Assembly: GCF_006345805.1 (NCBI RefSeq)
Contig: NC_043021.1
Span: forward strand, 6,510,001 to 6,574,000
DNA from: Octopus sinensis
Lineage: Eukaryota
Length of the DNA stretch: 64,000 nt
Direction of reading: 5' to 3'
Within the stretch, counting starts at the first letter, position 1, and every line of letters starts with the position of its first letter. Shown piece by piece: positions 40,491 through 53,357 of this stretch. A program made the translations under genes and the position numbers. The notes beneath the pieces are model-generated. The model had not been told where the DNA came from, searched no databases, and saw only the letters and a list, made by a program, of their open reading frames with translations.

Positions 40491-41222
40491 ATGTTTAAAC
40501 TCCAGATTATAGTTATTTAGGTTGTAAATAAATTATATTTTTTATTTTTTTTATAATATCAAATATAAACCACACCCCCATCACCACCACCACTACCACC
40601 ATTTACTTAACAAGTAAACTTATTTTTGTGTGTTTTCACCTACTTTCAAAGATTGCCCCTAATTCGCTCACCTCAGTTCTGCATTATCCCATAGTTCCTT
40701 ATATCATGAAATTCTGTCTCTTTCTAAGCAATTATAGTTCTATCAATACTTTGGCTCTGGGTAAAATCCATCTTTAGATTTCTCATCCCAATTTCCCTTA
40801 CCTTCATCCTTTTATCTACCGCATCTAGTTTAAGAATACCCATTCTTCAAATAGACCCTCGCATTTTAAACAGTCAATGGTATCAGCTGAACCATTCGTT
40901 TGATAAGCTTCTTCAGAGCGAAACACATAGCCATCTGTAACGAATTATTTAAAATTTAATACAATGTATATTGTTCTCGACCTCTGGCCCTGTCTTATGT
41001 ACTTTATTCGAGAGAGTCATCTGGTTTGTAACTAGCCTTTCAGATGTGTGTCTTTGCATGTGTGTGTAAGTGTGTAAGTATACGTGAATTTGTGTGTGTG
41101 TGTGTGTGTGTGAGTATGTGGTAATCACACACACTCATACTTATGTAATTACCTTTATACATAATATGCGTGCACGAGTATGTGCCTGTATATGCATATG
41201 TGTGTGTGTATACGTGTGTGTG

Positions 41223-41262
<40 letters not shown>

Positions 41263-41274
41263 ATATTTGCATGT

Positions 41275-41313
<39 letters not shown>

Positions 41314-41513
41314 TATCTTTATGTGTGTATGTATGCATGAATGTATGCTTGAGCGTGTACATGTAAGTATTATAGTTACATACATACGTGCATACATTCA
41401 TACATACATACATAGTACGTACATACATACGTACATACATACATATATACATAAGTACACATATACGAACATACATACATGCTATATATATATATATATA
41501 TATATAATATACA

Positions 41514-41613
41514 NNNNNNNNNNNNNNNNNNNNNNNNNNNNNNNNNNNNNNNNNNNNNNNNNNNNNNNNNNNNNNNNNNNNNNNNNNNNNNNNNNNNNNN
41601 NNNNNNNNNNNNN
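41514..41613. other. Assembly gap (100 N)
   Basis: Run of 100 n characters. Confidence 1.
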
Positions 41614-41820
41614 CTGTGGCCATGCTGGGGCAACCGCCATTTATATATATATATATATATATAGTGGTGTGTGATAAGAAACTTCCTTCCCAGCCACATG
41701 GTTTCGGTTTCAGTCCTACTGCGTGGTACCTTGCTCAAGTGTCTTTCACTATAGCCTCGGGCGAATCAAAGCCTTGTGAGTGAATTATAGACAGAAACTG
41801 AAAGAAGCCCGTCGTGTATG

Positions 41821-41850
<30 letters not shown>

Positions 41851-41854
<4 letters not shown>

Positions 41855-42045
41855 AGAATTCTCGAAAAAAAACAGGAGACGAAGACAGGTGGTGTAGATA
41901 ACAAACAGATGTATCAGTTTAACGATCGGGAATTGAAAAAGTCTTTTACGTTTCGAGCCTACGCTCTTCCACAGAAAGGTACACAGATAGAAACAAGGAG
42001 AGAAAAAAGATGTGTGTAGTGGCTACCGCTCTATCATGGCGATAT
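41851..42045 (-). mobile_element. Solo PLE pLTR (same family as 3921-4140)
   Basis: Colinear with 3921-4140 (GACGAAG.CAGGTGG, TTTCGAGCCTACGCTCTTC, AAGGAGAGAAAAAA, CATGGCGAT). Confidence 0.82.
41943..41978 (-). ncRNA. Minimal hammerhead-like motif with variant core CUGUGGA
   Basis: CTTT-CTGTGGA-A-GAGC(GTAG)GCTC-GAAAC-GT-A-AAAG. Confidence 0.7.
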
Positions 42046-42922
42046 TATGTGTGGTGTGTGTGTGTGTGTGTGGTGTGTGTGTGTGTGTGTGTGTGAGTGA
42101 GTGTGTGTGTGTATGTATGTACGTATGTATGTATGTATGTATGTATGTATGTATGTATGTATGTATGTATGTATTATGTATTTGTGTGTCTGTATTTGAC
42201 CCCACCATCGCTTGACAAGTTGCTGTGTTTATATCCTCGTAACTTATAGGTTCGGCAAAAAGAAACCGAAAGAATAAGGACTAGGCTTACAAAGAATAAG
42301 TCATTCGGTCGGTTTGTTCGACTAAATGCGGTGCCCCAGCATGGCCGCAGTCAAATGACTGAAACAAATAATAAAAATAATAAATATATACATATATATA
42401 TACATATATATATATATACATACATATATTTACATATATGCATATATATACATGTATATGCATATATATATATATATATATATTATAGATATATATATAT
42501 ACATATATATATATGTACATACATACAAACATACACGTATATATGTATATCTATATATACATAATATATGTATGTGTACAGAAAAAGAAAAAGAGAGTGG
42601 CGAGAGAGAGTGAGTGTGTGTGAAACAGAGAATGAGAGAGAGTGAGTGAGAGAGAGAGAGAATGAGAGAAGGAAAGATCGAATGAAGATCGAATGAATAG
42701 ATCAAAGCGGATCAAAAATGAAGTACTCCACTTACGATGGCTGAACAGTATAACACAAACCAACAGCTAAAACAGTTTATTTAGTTAGCGAAAGATGCAT
42801 AAAAGAAGAAAAGTTCACTGCCGTTTGGTATCCTGCAAATCCAAGGATATCCAATATTTAAGAGATGATACTATAATAGTAAAACAGAGGAATGGATTTT
42901 ATGACGTTTCGTTTCGGAAATT

Positions 42923-43009
42923 TTATTGTGACGTAACATATTATTGTGACGTAACAGTACTGTGACGTAACATTTTATTGTAACGTAACAATTTTGTTGT
43001 TACGTAACA
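42923..43009. repeat. 5 x ~17-bp repeat carrying bZIP-type GTGACGTAAC/GTTACGTAAC motifs
   Basis: TTATTGTGACGTAACA twice, TACTGTGACGTAACA, TTATTGTAACGTAACA, TTGTTGTTACGTAACA. Confidence 0.85.
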
Positions 43010-43295
43010 TACAGACAACTCCTCAAATATTCAGGTTATACTTAATTAAACGGGAAAATAACGAATGATATGCGGCTATTTTGATGTTCTCGCAGCGTAT
43101 GCTGTGACATATCTATTTTAATTATGGTGTAACCTGAAGATACGAGGGGTTGTATGTAACGTTGCATAATTTTGTGGATGTTGCACGTCTATACATGTCT
43201 ATTTGTATGATGGTACGTCACAGTATAATTTCTTAGCGAAACATTTGTAGTTAGACTATAAAATTTATTCGTGTGTTTTATTTTGTATATGTATG

Positions 43296-43341
<46 letters not shown>

Positions 43342-43583
43342 GTATGTATACACACGGTGTTCATGAGTATATATGTGCACGGTGTGTGTATACATGGGAT
43401 GTTCATACGCAAATATATACGTATATATAATGTATATATAATGCGTATATATACATGTTGTACGCACATATATTGTCCGTGAAGTACTCGATGTGTGTGT
43501 GTGTATGTATGTACGTATGTATGTATATATATATATGTATATATGTATGTATGTATATATGTATGTATGTACGTGTGCGTACA

Positions 43584-43625
<42 letters not shown>

Positions 43626-44035
43626 CAATAAGAAAATGGAGGGGATCAATAGGTGTTATTCATCAACTTTTAGACTATATATATATGTGTACAGAACGAC
43701 ACAAAAAAAAGTTCTCTTGGTTGGAATTTAACTTTTTTAATTGGGAGAAAATAAAAATAAAACTAATTATTGTTAGCGACACTCAAGGAAAGGGGAGATA
43801 ATTTGATTTCAAGAACTAAAAATTGAATTTCACAGAAAATTTTATTTCTGTGCTTCGGCTGGAAATCTGGTCTGTGTTGTGAAAGATAACATCTAAGAAC
43901 ATGTTTCTTTCGTATTAGGACTCGTAAATAAAGTAGTGTGTACTGAAGATTGCTTTGGTCAAAGGACAACGTATGTTTCGAAAGGGTAGCTAGAGTATTA
44001 CGAAGCTTTTAAACTAGTTTAATTTACGTAATTAC

Positions 44036-44043
44036 AAATGATG

Positions 44044-44080
<37 letters not shown>

Positions 44081-44127
44081 TGATGAAGATGATGATGATG
44101 ATAACAATAACAATAACAATAACAATA

Positions 44128-44178
<51 letters not shown>

Positions 44179-44325
44179 TGATGATGATGATAATAATAAT
44201 AATATAATAATAATAATAATAATAACAACAACAACAACAACAACAATAATAATAATAATAATAACAATATAACAATAATAATATTAATAATGATAATAAT
44301 AATAAATAAATAAATAAATAAAAAT
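44036..44325. repeat. (AAT)n/(GAT)n compound repeat
   Basis: Direct reading. Runs into a SINE B tail at 44326. Confidence 0.95.
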
Positions 44326-44480
44326 AATCCTTTCTACTAAAGGCACAATGCCTGAAATTTGGAAGGAGGGGGACACTGATCGATTACATCGACCCCAGAG
44401 TTTTACTGGTAATTAATTTATCGATCCCGAAAGGATGAAAGGTAAAGTCAACCTCGGCAGAATTTGAACCCACAACGTAT
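44326..44480 (-). mobile_element. SINE family B, truncated
   Basis: AATAATCCTTTCTACTAAAGGCACAATGCC..GTCAACCTCGGCAGAATTTGAAC. Confidence 0.78.
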
Positions 44481-44606
44481 AATCATGTGGGTTCTTTCTC
44501 GCCATCCTCCGGGGCAACGTCTTTTCCATTTTTCTTTGCTGGAACCATGAGAAATGTTTCTATTCTGCGAGAGGCAAGACTTTTAAAAATTAAGTCGAGT
44601 TACATA

Positions 44607-44787
44607 GGCGCAGGAGTGGCTGTGTGGTAAGTAGCTTGCTAACCAACCACATGGTTCCGGGTTCATTCCCTCTGCGTGGAATCTTGGGCAAGTGTCTTCT
44701 GCTATAGCCCCGGCCAACCAATGCCTTGTGAGTGGATTTAGTAGACGGAAACTGAAAGAAGCCTGTCGTATAATATATATATAATAT

Positions 44788-44847
<60 letters not shown>

Positions 44848-45075
44848 TGTGTGTGTGTGTGTGTGTCTGTGTTTGTCCCCCTAGCATTGCTTGACAACCG
44901 ATGCTGGTGTATTTACGTCCCCGTCACTTAGCGGTTCGGCAAAAAGAGACCGATAGAATAAGTACTACTGGGGCTTACAAAGAATAAGTCCCGGGGTCGA
45001 TTTGCTCGACTAAAGGCGGTGCTCCAGCATGGCCGCAGTCAAATGACTGAAACAAGTAAAAGAGTAAAGAGTAAA
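44607..45075 (+). mobile_element. SINE family A, full length
   Basis: Family A consensus. Confidence 0.92.
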
Positions 45076-46028
45076 GAGTTACGTATCTACCTAAGTTATT
45101 TATCATTCTTTGCATCGACTTACCCACCTACCTACCTATCTACCTATTCGTTTATGTATTGGAATGGTCCAACGGAATGGTGGAATGGTTTTTGGATAAT
45201 TCATGGAGGTGATGGTGTGTGTGCGTGGGAGTGTCTGTATGTATGTGTGCGTGTGTGTGTTTGCGTGTATGTGTGCATTCATTAGTGTGCATGCGTGCGT
45301 TCTTGTGTGTGTGTGTTTGCGTGTGTATGTGCGTGTGTGTGTGTTTGCGTATGTGTATGTGTGCGTTCTTGTGTGTGTGTGTGTGTCTGTTTGCGTGTGT
45401 GTGTGTGTCTGTGTGTGTGTGTGTGTGCGTGCGTGTGCGTGAAACACGATTAGAAAACGCTGCTGTCTGCGTGAAGGTTTTTTTGGCAAAGGGAATGAGA
45501 AACTGGTTTTTGGTGGAATCAAAAAAAAGCAGGCAGCCAATCGACGAAGAAGCAGACGAGCAAGCAGCCAGACAAACGAAGAAGAAGAAGACAAAGAAGA
45601 AGAAGAAGAAGAAGAAGAAGGAGAAGAAGAAGAAGAAGAAGAAGAAGAAGAAGAAGAAGAAGAAGAAGAAGGAGCGGGTGGGATAGGGTCGCGAGAAGGG
45701 GGGCGATAGGCTCAGAAGTGTGTAATAGATGTAAGTTCATATGTGTGTGGTGTGTGGTGTGGTTACAACAGCTTACCCACTCGCCCTACCCACACCGTTG
45801 GCTGACACGTGCACAACAGCATGTACCCCCCTCACCCCCTCCCACCATCCATCTCCCCCCCCGCGCCCACCCGCTTTACATCTCCCAAAAAACTTACCAC
45901 AGTGCCAAATAACCAAAATAACGCTTCAGAAGCCAATAGTTCTCTCCACCCGGGGAGTGTCAGTGTTTGATGCTTAATATATATATACGCTTGTGAGGGT
46001 ATGTGTACACGCGGGTGTACGTGTGATA

Positions 46029-46094
<66 letters not shown>

Positions 46095-47549
46095 ATGTGT
46101 GTATGTATATATATATGTGTGTGTATGTGTATGTGTGTATATATATGTGTGTGTGTATATATATATGTGTGTGTATGTGTGTGTGTGTGTGTGTTACATA
46201 AGCTTGCTGGGTAAACACATTTCTATAACCGCCACCGTCGCCACTTACTTTGCAACTGCCCACCACCATCACCACCACCACCACCATCACCACCACCATC
46301 ACCACCAGCACCTACACCAATAATAATAATAAAAAGAAAAAAGCAACCAACCTCTATCGCAAGTCTATATCGACTAACAACTAAACAGCTACTAAAAACA
46401 TTACCAACTTTATCTGCTTCGCCTTCGTCGTCTCACCTTTCCTCCAGGTTGCCTGAGTGTTGTTGTGTTTACTTCTTTTCTCTTTGCAAACATTCAATTG
46501 AAGATGAAAAGACTTTCGGGGAAATTCCGGAAAAACTAACGCCATTTCACAGCAACAGCACTGGACTGGACAGGATTAAACCGTGTGGTAATTGACAGCA
46601 AATAAACATAAAACAAACACATCACCCATAGAGACCCGGGACAACAAAAAAAGAACTAAGAAAAAAAGCAAATGATAATCTATCTGTCTGTTTATATATG
46701 TCGTCTGGAAACGTTATTTTAAGGGTGAAACTTCGTAAACGTTGGATCGCTGCGGTTGTAGTTATATCATCAGGTAAGCCGTGATTAAACAGACCTCTGA
46801 TGAAAGGCATTTCGACCCTAAACATCCCATAATTTATCTATTTATCTATTTATTTATTTATTTATATTAATGCAAGCCTTATCTAACCGTATTTCTTTTA
46901 TCTACTTCTCTTTTTAAAACTACGAAGTGTGTAAGTGGAGGAAGATTTGGCCGCTATTTCTTGTAAGTCGGAATGACTACCTACCTACCAATCTCTCTCT
47001 CTCTCTCTCTCTCTCATTCACTTGTGGAATAATCTCTTATGATGTTGGGGAGAAGACGACATTCCAGATTTTTCGATCGGAGAACTTTTCGTTGAAGAGA
47101 AAGAGCGAGATGTGAGTAAAAAATAATATCATAATAATTAATTGACAACCCAGTTTTCGTCCTGAATAAAAATTTATTCACATCTCGGTTTGGTTTAGGA
47201 ATTTAACGAGCGCCTGGAAACGTGAAAAATAAAAGGAAAGATTAAAGAAAAACATTTTCTAAAATTACGAAAGTATTTTGTGACTATATATATACATATA
47301 TTTATTACACGTTGTGTGAAAGAAGCCTCACGGGGTATAAATATATAAGCATATTTATAATTGCATAATTATTGCATAATTATTGCATCACTACTCCATC
47401 AACGTTGTGGGACATTTATTTTACCTTTCTCAGCTGTCGACTGGAAATCCTTAACATTCCGGCCACGTTTCCGACATTATCACTTTTCTCCTCCGAGCAA
47501 GAGACGTTAAACAATTCATTTCAATATTGTGATTTTTATATTTGATATC

Positions 47550-47600
<51 letters not shown>

Positions 47601-47760
47601 GACGACGACGACAATGATGATGATGATGATGATGATGATGATACTAATGAAGTGATATTAGAAAAAAAAGTACTACTCCGATTATGACGACGACAGTTAT
47701 AATTTCTTTTATTGGCACAAAGCCTCATTTTTATATTTAGAGAAATTACTCACACACACA

Positions 47761-47809
<49 letters not shown>

Positions 47810-47833
47810 ATATCTATATATCTATATATATAT

Positions 47834-47868
<35 letters not shown>

Positions 47869-48642
47869 CATATGTGTTATGTATGAATGTTTATGAATAG
47901 TAGATTAAGTCGGCTCTTCCTAGAAGTTTGGGTACTTTGATTTTGCTGCATCTTAGTAAAGGATAAAAGAACGAGGATGTACGATGGAAGGCAGGGTTGG
48001 CCGCTCTCCGCCGTGAAATTGAAACTGTGGACGTAAAAGAGCGAGAAGAAGGTACAACAGGATACACCGACACAAGGTTTTAAAGTCTGGATGCTCTACC
48101 GGTTTTGCAAAGGATACGGATATCGAAAAAGAACTTAACGACTTGATACACACACACACACACACTTACATACATATATATATGTATATACATATGTATG
48201 TATGTATAGCATGTGTGATCTGAGAGGAACTAAAACCATTACATACCAGGATGGCGGACCACGTGACAAGGTAAGATATTGTGAAAGTGATGAGAGGAGG
48301 GGGTGCGTGTGTGTGTGTGTGTGTGCATGGGTTTGTGTGTGTATGTTGCTGTTCTGTTGATTAGATTTCGGCCAGCTTTGAACTGATCTATAGTTAAAGG
48401 CATTCCAGCTGTGAGCATACACACACACATACACACACACGCGCGCACACACACACACAGTCTCACTCTCTCTGTTTCTCTTCCTATCTCTCTCTCTTTC
48501 TCTGTCTGTCTCTCTCTCTCTCTCTCAAACACATCAAACACACTGGCATGCACATACATGTAAATACATATACATACATACATACATGCACAAATACATA
48601 CATGCTTGTATGTATGTATGTATGTATGTATGTATGTGTGTG

Positions 48643-48673
<31 letters not shown>

Positions 48674-49065
48674 ATAATTAATTTATTGTAGGATTGATTT
48701 GAATCAAGATATTTGAACATTTAGGACACCAGGAAAAGCTGAGTTCAGGACATGTATATTTACTACATACATATACATCCGTACATACAATGCACATACG
48801 AACATATCCATGCATCTACATATACATACACGCACACATAGGTACACACATCATATACATACAGATATATACCCATGCACGCACGCATGTAGCTTCACGG
48901 TCCAATGCAATTTCCAGATCCAACATAGGGAAAGTTCCAGGCACTGTGTTTGCATGAAATAACAAAAAACGGGCTAAAGGTTTACTACAGCTGTTCCAAA
49001 CACATTTTTATCAATGAATAGTACGATAAACAGTTGTGGTAATTTTCTCCGAGCCAAATTTTAAA

Positions 49066-49142
49066 TCACCTGACGAAACGGTTTCTTCTTGACGTAATTA
49101 TATATATTCATCAATAAAAATGCGTCGAAACAGCTGTAGTGA
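49066..49142 (+). ncRNA. Type I hammerhead ribozyme motif (canonical core, weak stem II)
   Basis: TCAC-CTGACGA-AACGG...GCGTC-GAAAC-AGCT-GTA-GTGA. An inverted partial copy ACTACAGCTGTT lies near 48985. Confidence 0.72.
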
Positions 49143-49427
49143 ACATTTAACCCATTTCTGTTATTATCTTATGTGTTTTTATATATTAATTTCATTTTCA
49201 GATTTCTTGCCAATCTAGATCCAAGGCTTTATCATTGGAACTTCAAACTACTGAATATTTGTGCATATTTATGTGTACGTGTGTAATATTTCGAGTCAGG
49301 GCGGGCATGTGCAGATTTGTATGTTTTCTTTTATGTGCGCATATTCATTCATTCATATATTTGCGTATCTAAACATGTGCATACGGACTTAAATGCTAAA
49401 ATTTTGGAAAGGTTTACATAAAGTCAA

Positions 49428-49498
49428 GTTTCGTTGTGCAGTGGTTATCACGTCTGCTCCACACGCAGAAGGCCACGAGTTCGAGCCTCGCTGAAACC
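49428..49498 (+). tRNA. tRNA-Val(CAC)-like gene, probably a pseudogene
   Basis: GTTTCGTTGTGCAGTGGTTATCACG-TCTGC-TCCACAC-GCAGA-AGGCC-ACGAG-TTCGAGC-CTCG-CTGAAAC follows the tRNA-Val pattern with a perfect anticodon stem. Acceptor and T stems are about 1 nt short, position 33 is C, and a T6 run lies at 49507-12. Confidence 0.7.
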
Positions 49499-49515
49499 TG
49501 GGGGAATTTTTTATA

Positions 49516-49945
49516 GGCGTAGGAGTGGCTGTGTGGTAAGTAGCTTGCTTACCAACCACATAGTTCCGGGTTCAGTCCCACTGCGTAGCACGTTGGGCAA
49601 GTGTCTTCTACTATAGCCTCGGGCCAACCAAAGCCCTGTGAGTGGATTTGGTAGACGGAAACTGAAAGAAGCCCGTCGTATATATGTATATATATATATG
49701 TATGTATCTGTATATGTTTGTATGTCTGTGTTTGTCTCCCCCCCACCACCACCACCACCAACATCGCTTGACAACCGATGCTGGTGTGTTTACGTACCCG
49801 TAACTTAGCGGTTCAGCAAAAAGAGACCGATAGAATAAGTACTAGGCTTACAAAGAATAAGTCCTGGTGTCGATTTGCTCGACTAAAGGCGGTGCTCCAG
49901 CATGGCCACAGTCAAATGACTGAAACAAGTAAAAGAGTAAAGAGT
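49516..49945 (+). mobile_element. SINE family A, full length
   Basis: Family A consensus. Confidence 0.92.
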
Positions 49946-50335
49946 AATTTGACAGTTCCATTGATGGCTTGTATCTGCAATCTTCTAACATGCTTTTTCC
50001 TTTCTGGTTTTGAGAATCCTGTCTCAAGACAGGTGCTAAGATAGTTTGCTGCAGATCCTAGTGCCCCCATAATTATGGGTATAAATCTGAACTTGAGACC
50101 CGGGTGGAGTAGCTGCAAATGTCTCAATAGTTCAGTGTTAGGTGTTTTCTTTCCTGCTGATCTTTAGCTTTATGTTGGCATCCATTCCGCAACAGATTTC
50201 CACTCCTACGCATAAAATTTCTTTCCTGTTCCCAGATCACTATGGTTGGTCTATTATTTTTTCAATTCATTGAAGTTTTCGCTGGAACATTCCACCAGTG
50301 CTCTTTCATATTATGCGTGGTTATGGCCTCTTCCA
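49946..50335 (-). mobile_element. R4/Dong-like non-LTR element, RLE endonuclease C-terminal fragment
   Basis: EHWWNVPAKT.., KNNRPTIVIWEQ.., VEICCGMDANIKLKISRKEN, then RHLQLLHPGLKFRFIPIIMGALG..LQIQAINGTVK (PD..D/E and PIIxGALG motifs), frameshifted. Confidence 0.75.
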
Positions 50336-50446
50336 CATCATGGGGTTTATCTCTTTATGTTTAGGATTACTCCTTCTAATTTATATAGGTGTGTGTATAT
50401 GTTTGTGTGTCTGTGCTTGTCCAACCCTCAACATCGCTTGACAACC

Positions 50447-50678
50447 TATTTCTCTACTATCCACAAGGGGCTAAACACAGAGGGGGACAAACAAGGACAG
50501 ACAAACGGATTAAGTCGATTATATTGACCCCCAGTGCGCAACTGGTACTTAATTTATCGACCCCGAAAGGATGAAAGGCAAAGTCGACCTCGGCGGAATT
50601 TGAACTCAGAACGTAACGGCAGACGTAATACCGCTAAGCATTTCGTCCGGCGTGCTAACGATTCTGCCAGCTCGCCGC
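50447..50678 (-). mobile_element. SINE family B inserted in a SINE A 3' half, 10-bp TSD
   Basis: CTTGACAACC at 50437-46 and 50679-88. The host SINE A continues to ~50765. Confidence 0.92.
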
Positions 50679-51179
50679 CTTGACAACCGATGCTGGTGTG
50701 TTTACGTCCCCGTAACTTAGCGGTTCGGCAAAATAGACCGATAGAATAATCACTAGGCTCACAAAGAATGCGTCGAAGCTGGAGTTAGTGACATGTGTGT
50801 GCAGCAATATGTCATTCAATGAGATTGATCTCTGGAACTTATGACTGAAAAGCGAATTTCTACATTATTCCGTCATACTCCCTCTATAATCTGTAAGTGG
50901 TGTGTGCGTGCGTGCGTGCGAGCGTGCGTACGAGCGTGCGTACGTGCGTGCGTGCGTGTTGTATAAATACACTCATACGTATGTATATATACGCGTGCGT
51001 GAACTGTACGTGTACATTTGCGTGCCATGTGTCAATGCGTGTGAGCGCGTGTGGTGTTTTTAGCCACATTATGAAAATCAATAAGCATAGCCTCATAATC
51101 TTCTCACGTTTTAAACCAGAATATAATTCAGCTTTAGAGACTTATCAGCATTAAAAGTTATTTTAAAAAAAAAGACATC

Positions 51180-51347
51180 CAGGTGTGGCTGTGTGGTAAG
51201 TAGCTTGCTAACCAACCACATGGTTCCGGGTCCAGTCCCACTGCGTGGCATCTTGGGCAAGAGTCTTCTGCTATAGCCCCGGGGCCGACCAATGCCTTGT
51301 GAGTGGATTTGGTAGACGGAAACTGAAAGAAGCCTGTCGTATATATG

Positions 51348-51382
<35 letters not shown>

Positions 51383-51750
51383 TTGTGTGCCTGTGTTTGT
51401 CCCCCTAGCATTGCTTGACAACCGATGCTGGTGTGTTTACGTCCCCGTCACTTAGCGGTTCGACAAAAGAGACCGATAGAATAAGTACTGGGCTTACGAA
51501 AGAATAAGTCCTAGGATCGATTTGCTCGACTAAAGGCGGTGCTCCAGCATGGCCGCAGTCAAATGACTGAAACAAGTAAAAGAGAAAAAAAGAGTATCCA
51601 TATAGGCGCAGGCGAGGCTGTGGTAAGAAGCCAGCTTCCAACCGCATGGTTCCGGGTTCACTCACGCCGCATGACATCTTGGGCAAGCGTCTTCTACTAT
51701 AACCTCGGGCCGACCAAAGCCTTGTGAGTGGACTCGTAGACGGAAACTGA
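51180..51750 (+). mobile_element. SINE family A full copy plus a following head fragment
   Basis: Full copy 51180-51595 and head 51603-51750. Confidence 0.88.
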
Positions 51751-52357
51751 AATTGTTATGTGCATTCACTGCAAAAGTTCCTGAAGAAAATAATTTTTGT
51801 GTAGACACGGAGAGGTACGAAGGCACCGGCACACCTTGGTCTTCTGAATTTTCGATCGATAATTTTAAATAATATCTTCTTTGTTTTGTTGTTGTTGTTG
51901 TTTTTTAATGTTCTGCTTAAATCAAGAAATACATTCATGCAGTGTAATAAGTAAATAGGCTAAAATTGAATACATGATACCTCTCAGTAAATTGAATATT
52001 AAAGGTGATTGTAGAACATGGCGAAATATATTAAGTAGAAGAATAATTAGTTGTGGAATAAATGTAAATACAAATACATATGGCGTATTAAATATATATT
52101 AATGACACGTAGCATATTACATTGTGTAAAAGGAGAAAATTAATTTCATCATCAGAATTTATGGACGCAGTAAAATTGTTAGTTGAGCTTTTTGAGACAA
52201 AGGGGACGACAGAATGAACTTTCGAATATAAGAAGTAATCAGAATGATTCGAGCTTGAATTGAACGAGTTAGAAAGTAAATTATATGAAGTGCAACACAT
52301 ACAATACGAACTTCAAATAGTTAAGGGTTACACACAAAAAAAAATGTGTATGTATAA

Positions 52358-52790
52358 GGTGCAGGAGTGGCTGTGTGGTAAGTAGCTTGCTTACCAACCA
52401 CATGGTTCCGGGTACAGTCCCACTGCGTGGCACCTTGGGCTAGTGTCTTCTACTATAGCCTCGGGCCGACCAAAGCCTTGTGAGTGGATTTGGTAGACGG
52501 AAACTGAAAGAAACCCGTCGTATATATATATGTATATATAAATATATATATATAAAAATTTATATATATATGCGTGTATATGTTTGTGTGTCTGTGTTTG
52601 TCCCCCACCTCAACATCGCTTGACAACCGATGCTGATGTGTTTACGTCCCAGTAACTTAGCGGTTCGGCAAAAGAGAGACCGATAGAATAAGTACTAGGC
52701 TTACAAAGAATAAGTCCTGGGGTCAATTTCCTCGACTAAAGGCGGTGCTCCAGCATGGCCGCAGTCAAATGACTGAAACAAGTAAAAGAG
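52358..52790 (+). mobile_element. SINE family A, full length
   Basis: Family A consensus. Confidence 0.92.
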
Positions 52791-52834
52791 TATACAAATA
52801 CTCACAGCGTATTATATATATATACGTATATATT

Positions 52835-53015
52835 GGTTTCAAACTTCGGCACAAGGCCAGCAATTTCGCGGGAGGCGATAAATCGATTGCATCGACACCA
52901 GTGCGTAACTGGTACTTATTTTATCGACCCCGAAATGATGAAAGGCAAAGTCGACCCTCAGCGGAATTTGAACTCAGAACCTAAATACGGACGAAATGCC
53001 GCTAAGCGTTTAAAA
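52835..53015 (-). mobile_element. SINE family B, truncated
   Basis: Family B core. Confidence 0.8.
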
Positions 53016-53357
53016 CGTTCTACCTAAAAAAACTTCTGAGAAAACATTTCCATTTACTGCAGCCTGGCAACACCGGGTACTATTCCTGCTGTTTCCATGT
53101 GTGTGTGGGTGGATGAATGGGTGGTTGAAGGAGTAGGTGCGTGCGTTTCAATTCCGTTGTTGCCTTTGTCTTCCTGATTTCCGACCAGGATTTAAGTTTC
53201 AATAATTAATTATTAATGCTAAGGATTATTTTCTTCATTACGAGTGAAATTTTTAATTAATTAAACATTTTAATCTCTTGATATGTTGTCCCCCACTTCT
53301 TAATTATGTATTCTTCAGGCTGGAGGTACGCCTAAAAGAGAATTTCCCCAATCATCA

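Larger units (their letters stand above)
41664..42375 (+). mobile_element. SINE family A split by a pLTR module in its internal microsatellite
   Basis: Head half 41664-41815 and tail half 42183-42375. Confidence 0.8.

Noticed and set aside
40690-40930. Possible R4/Dong RT remnant (MGILKLDAV..)
   Set aside because: Resemblance too weak by eye.
46797-46826. CTGATGA-AAGG..CCC-TAAAC-ATC hammerhead remnant
   Set aside because: G12 and the GUH triplet are mutated and there is no helix I. At most a dead remnant.
47965-48055. Protein-like stretch NEDVRWKAGLAALRREIETVDVKEREE with a donor-like GTACAA
   Set aside because: An in-frame stop lies between it and the nearest acceptor, and I recognise no homology.
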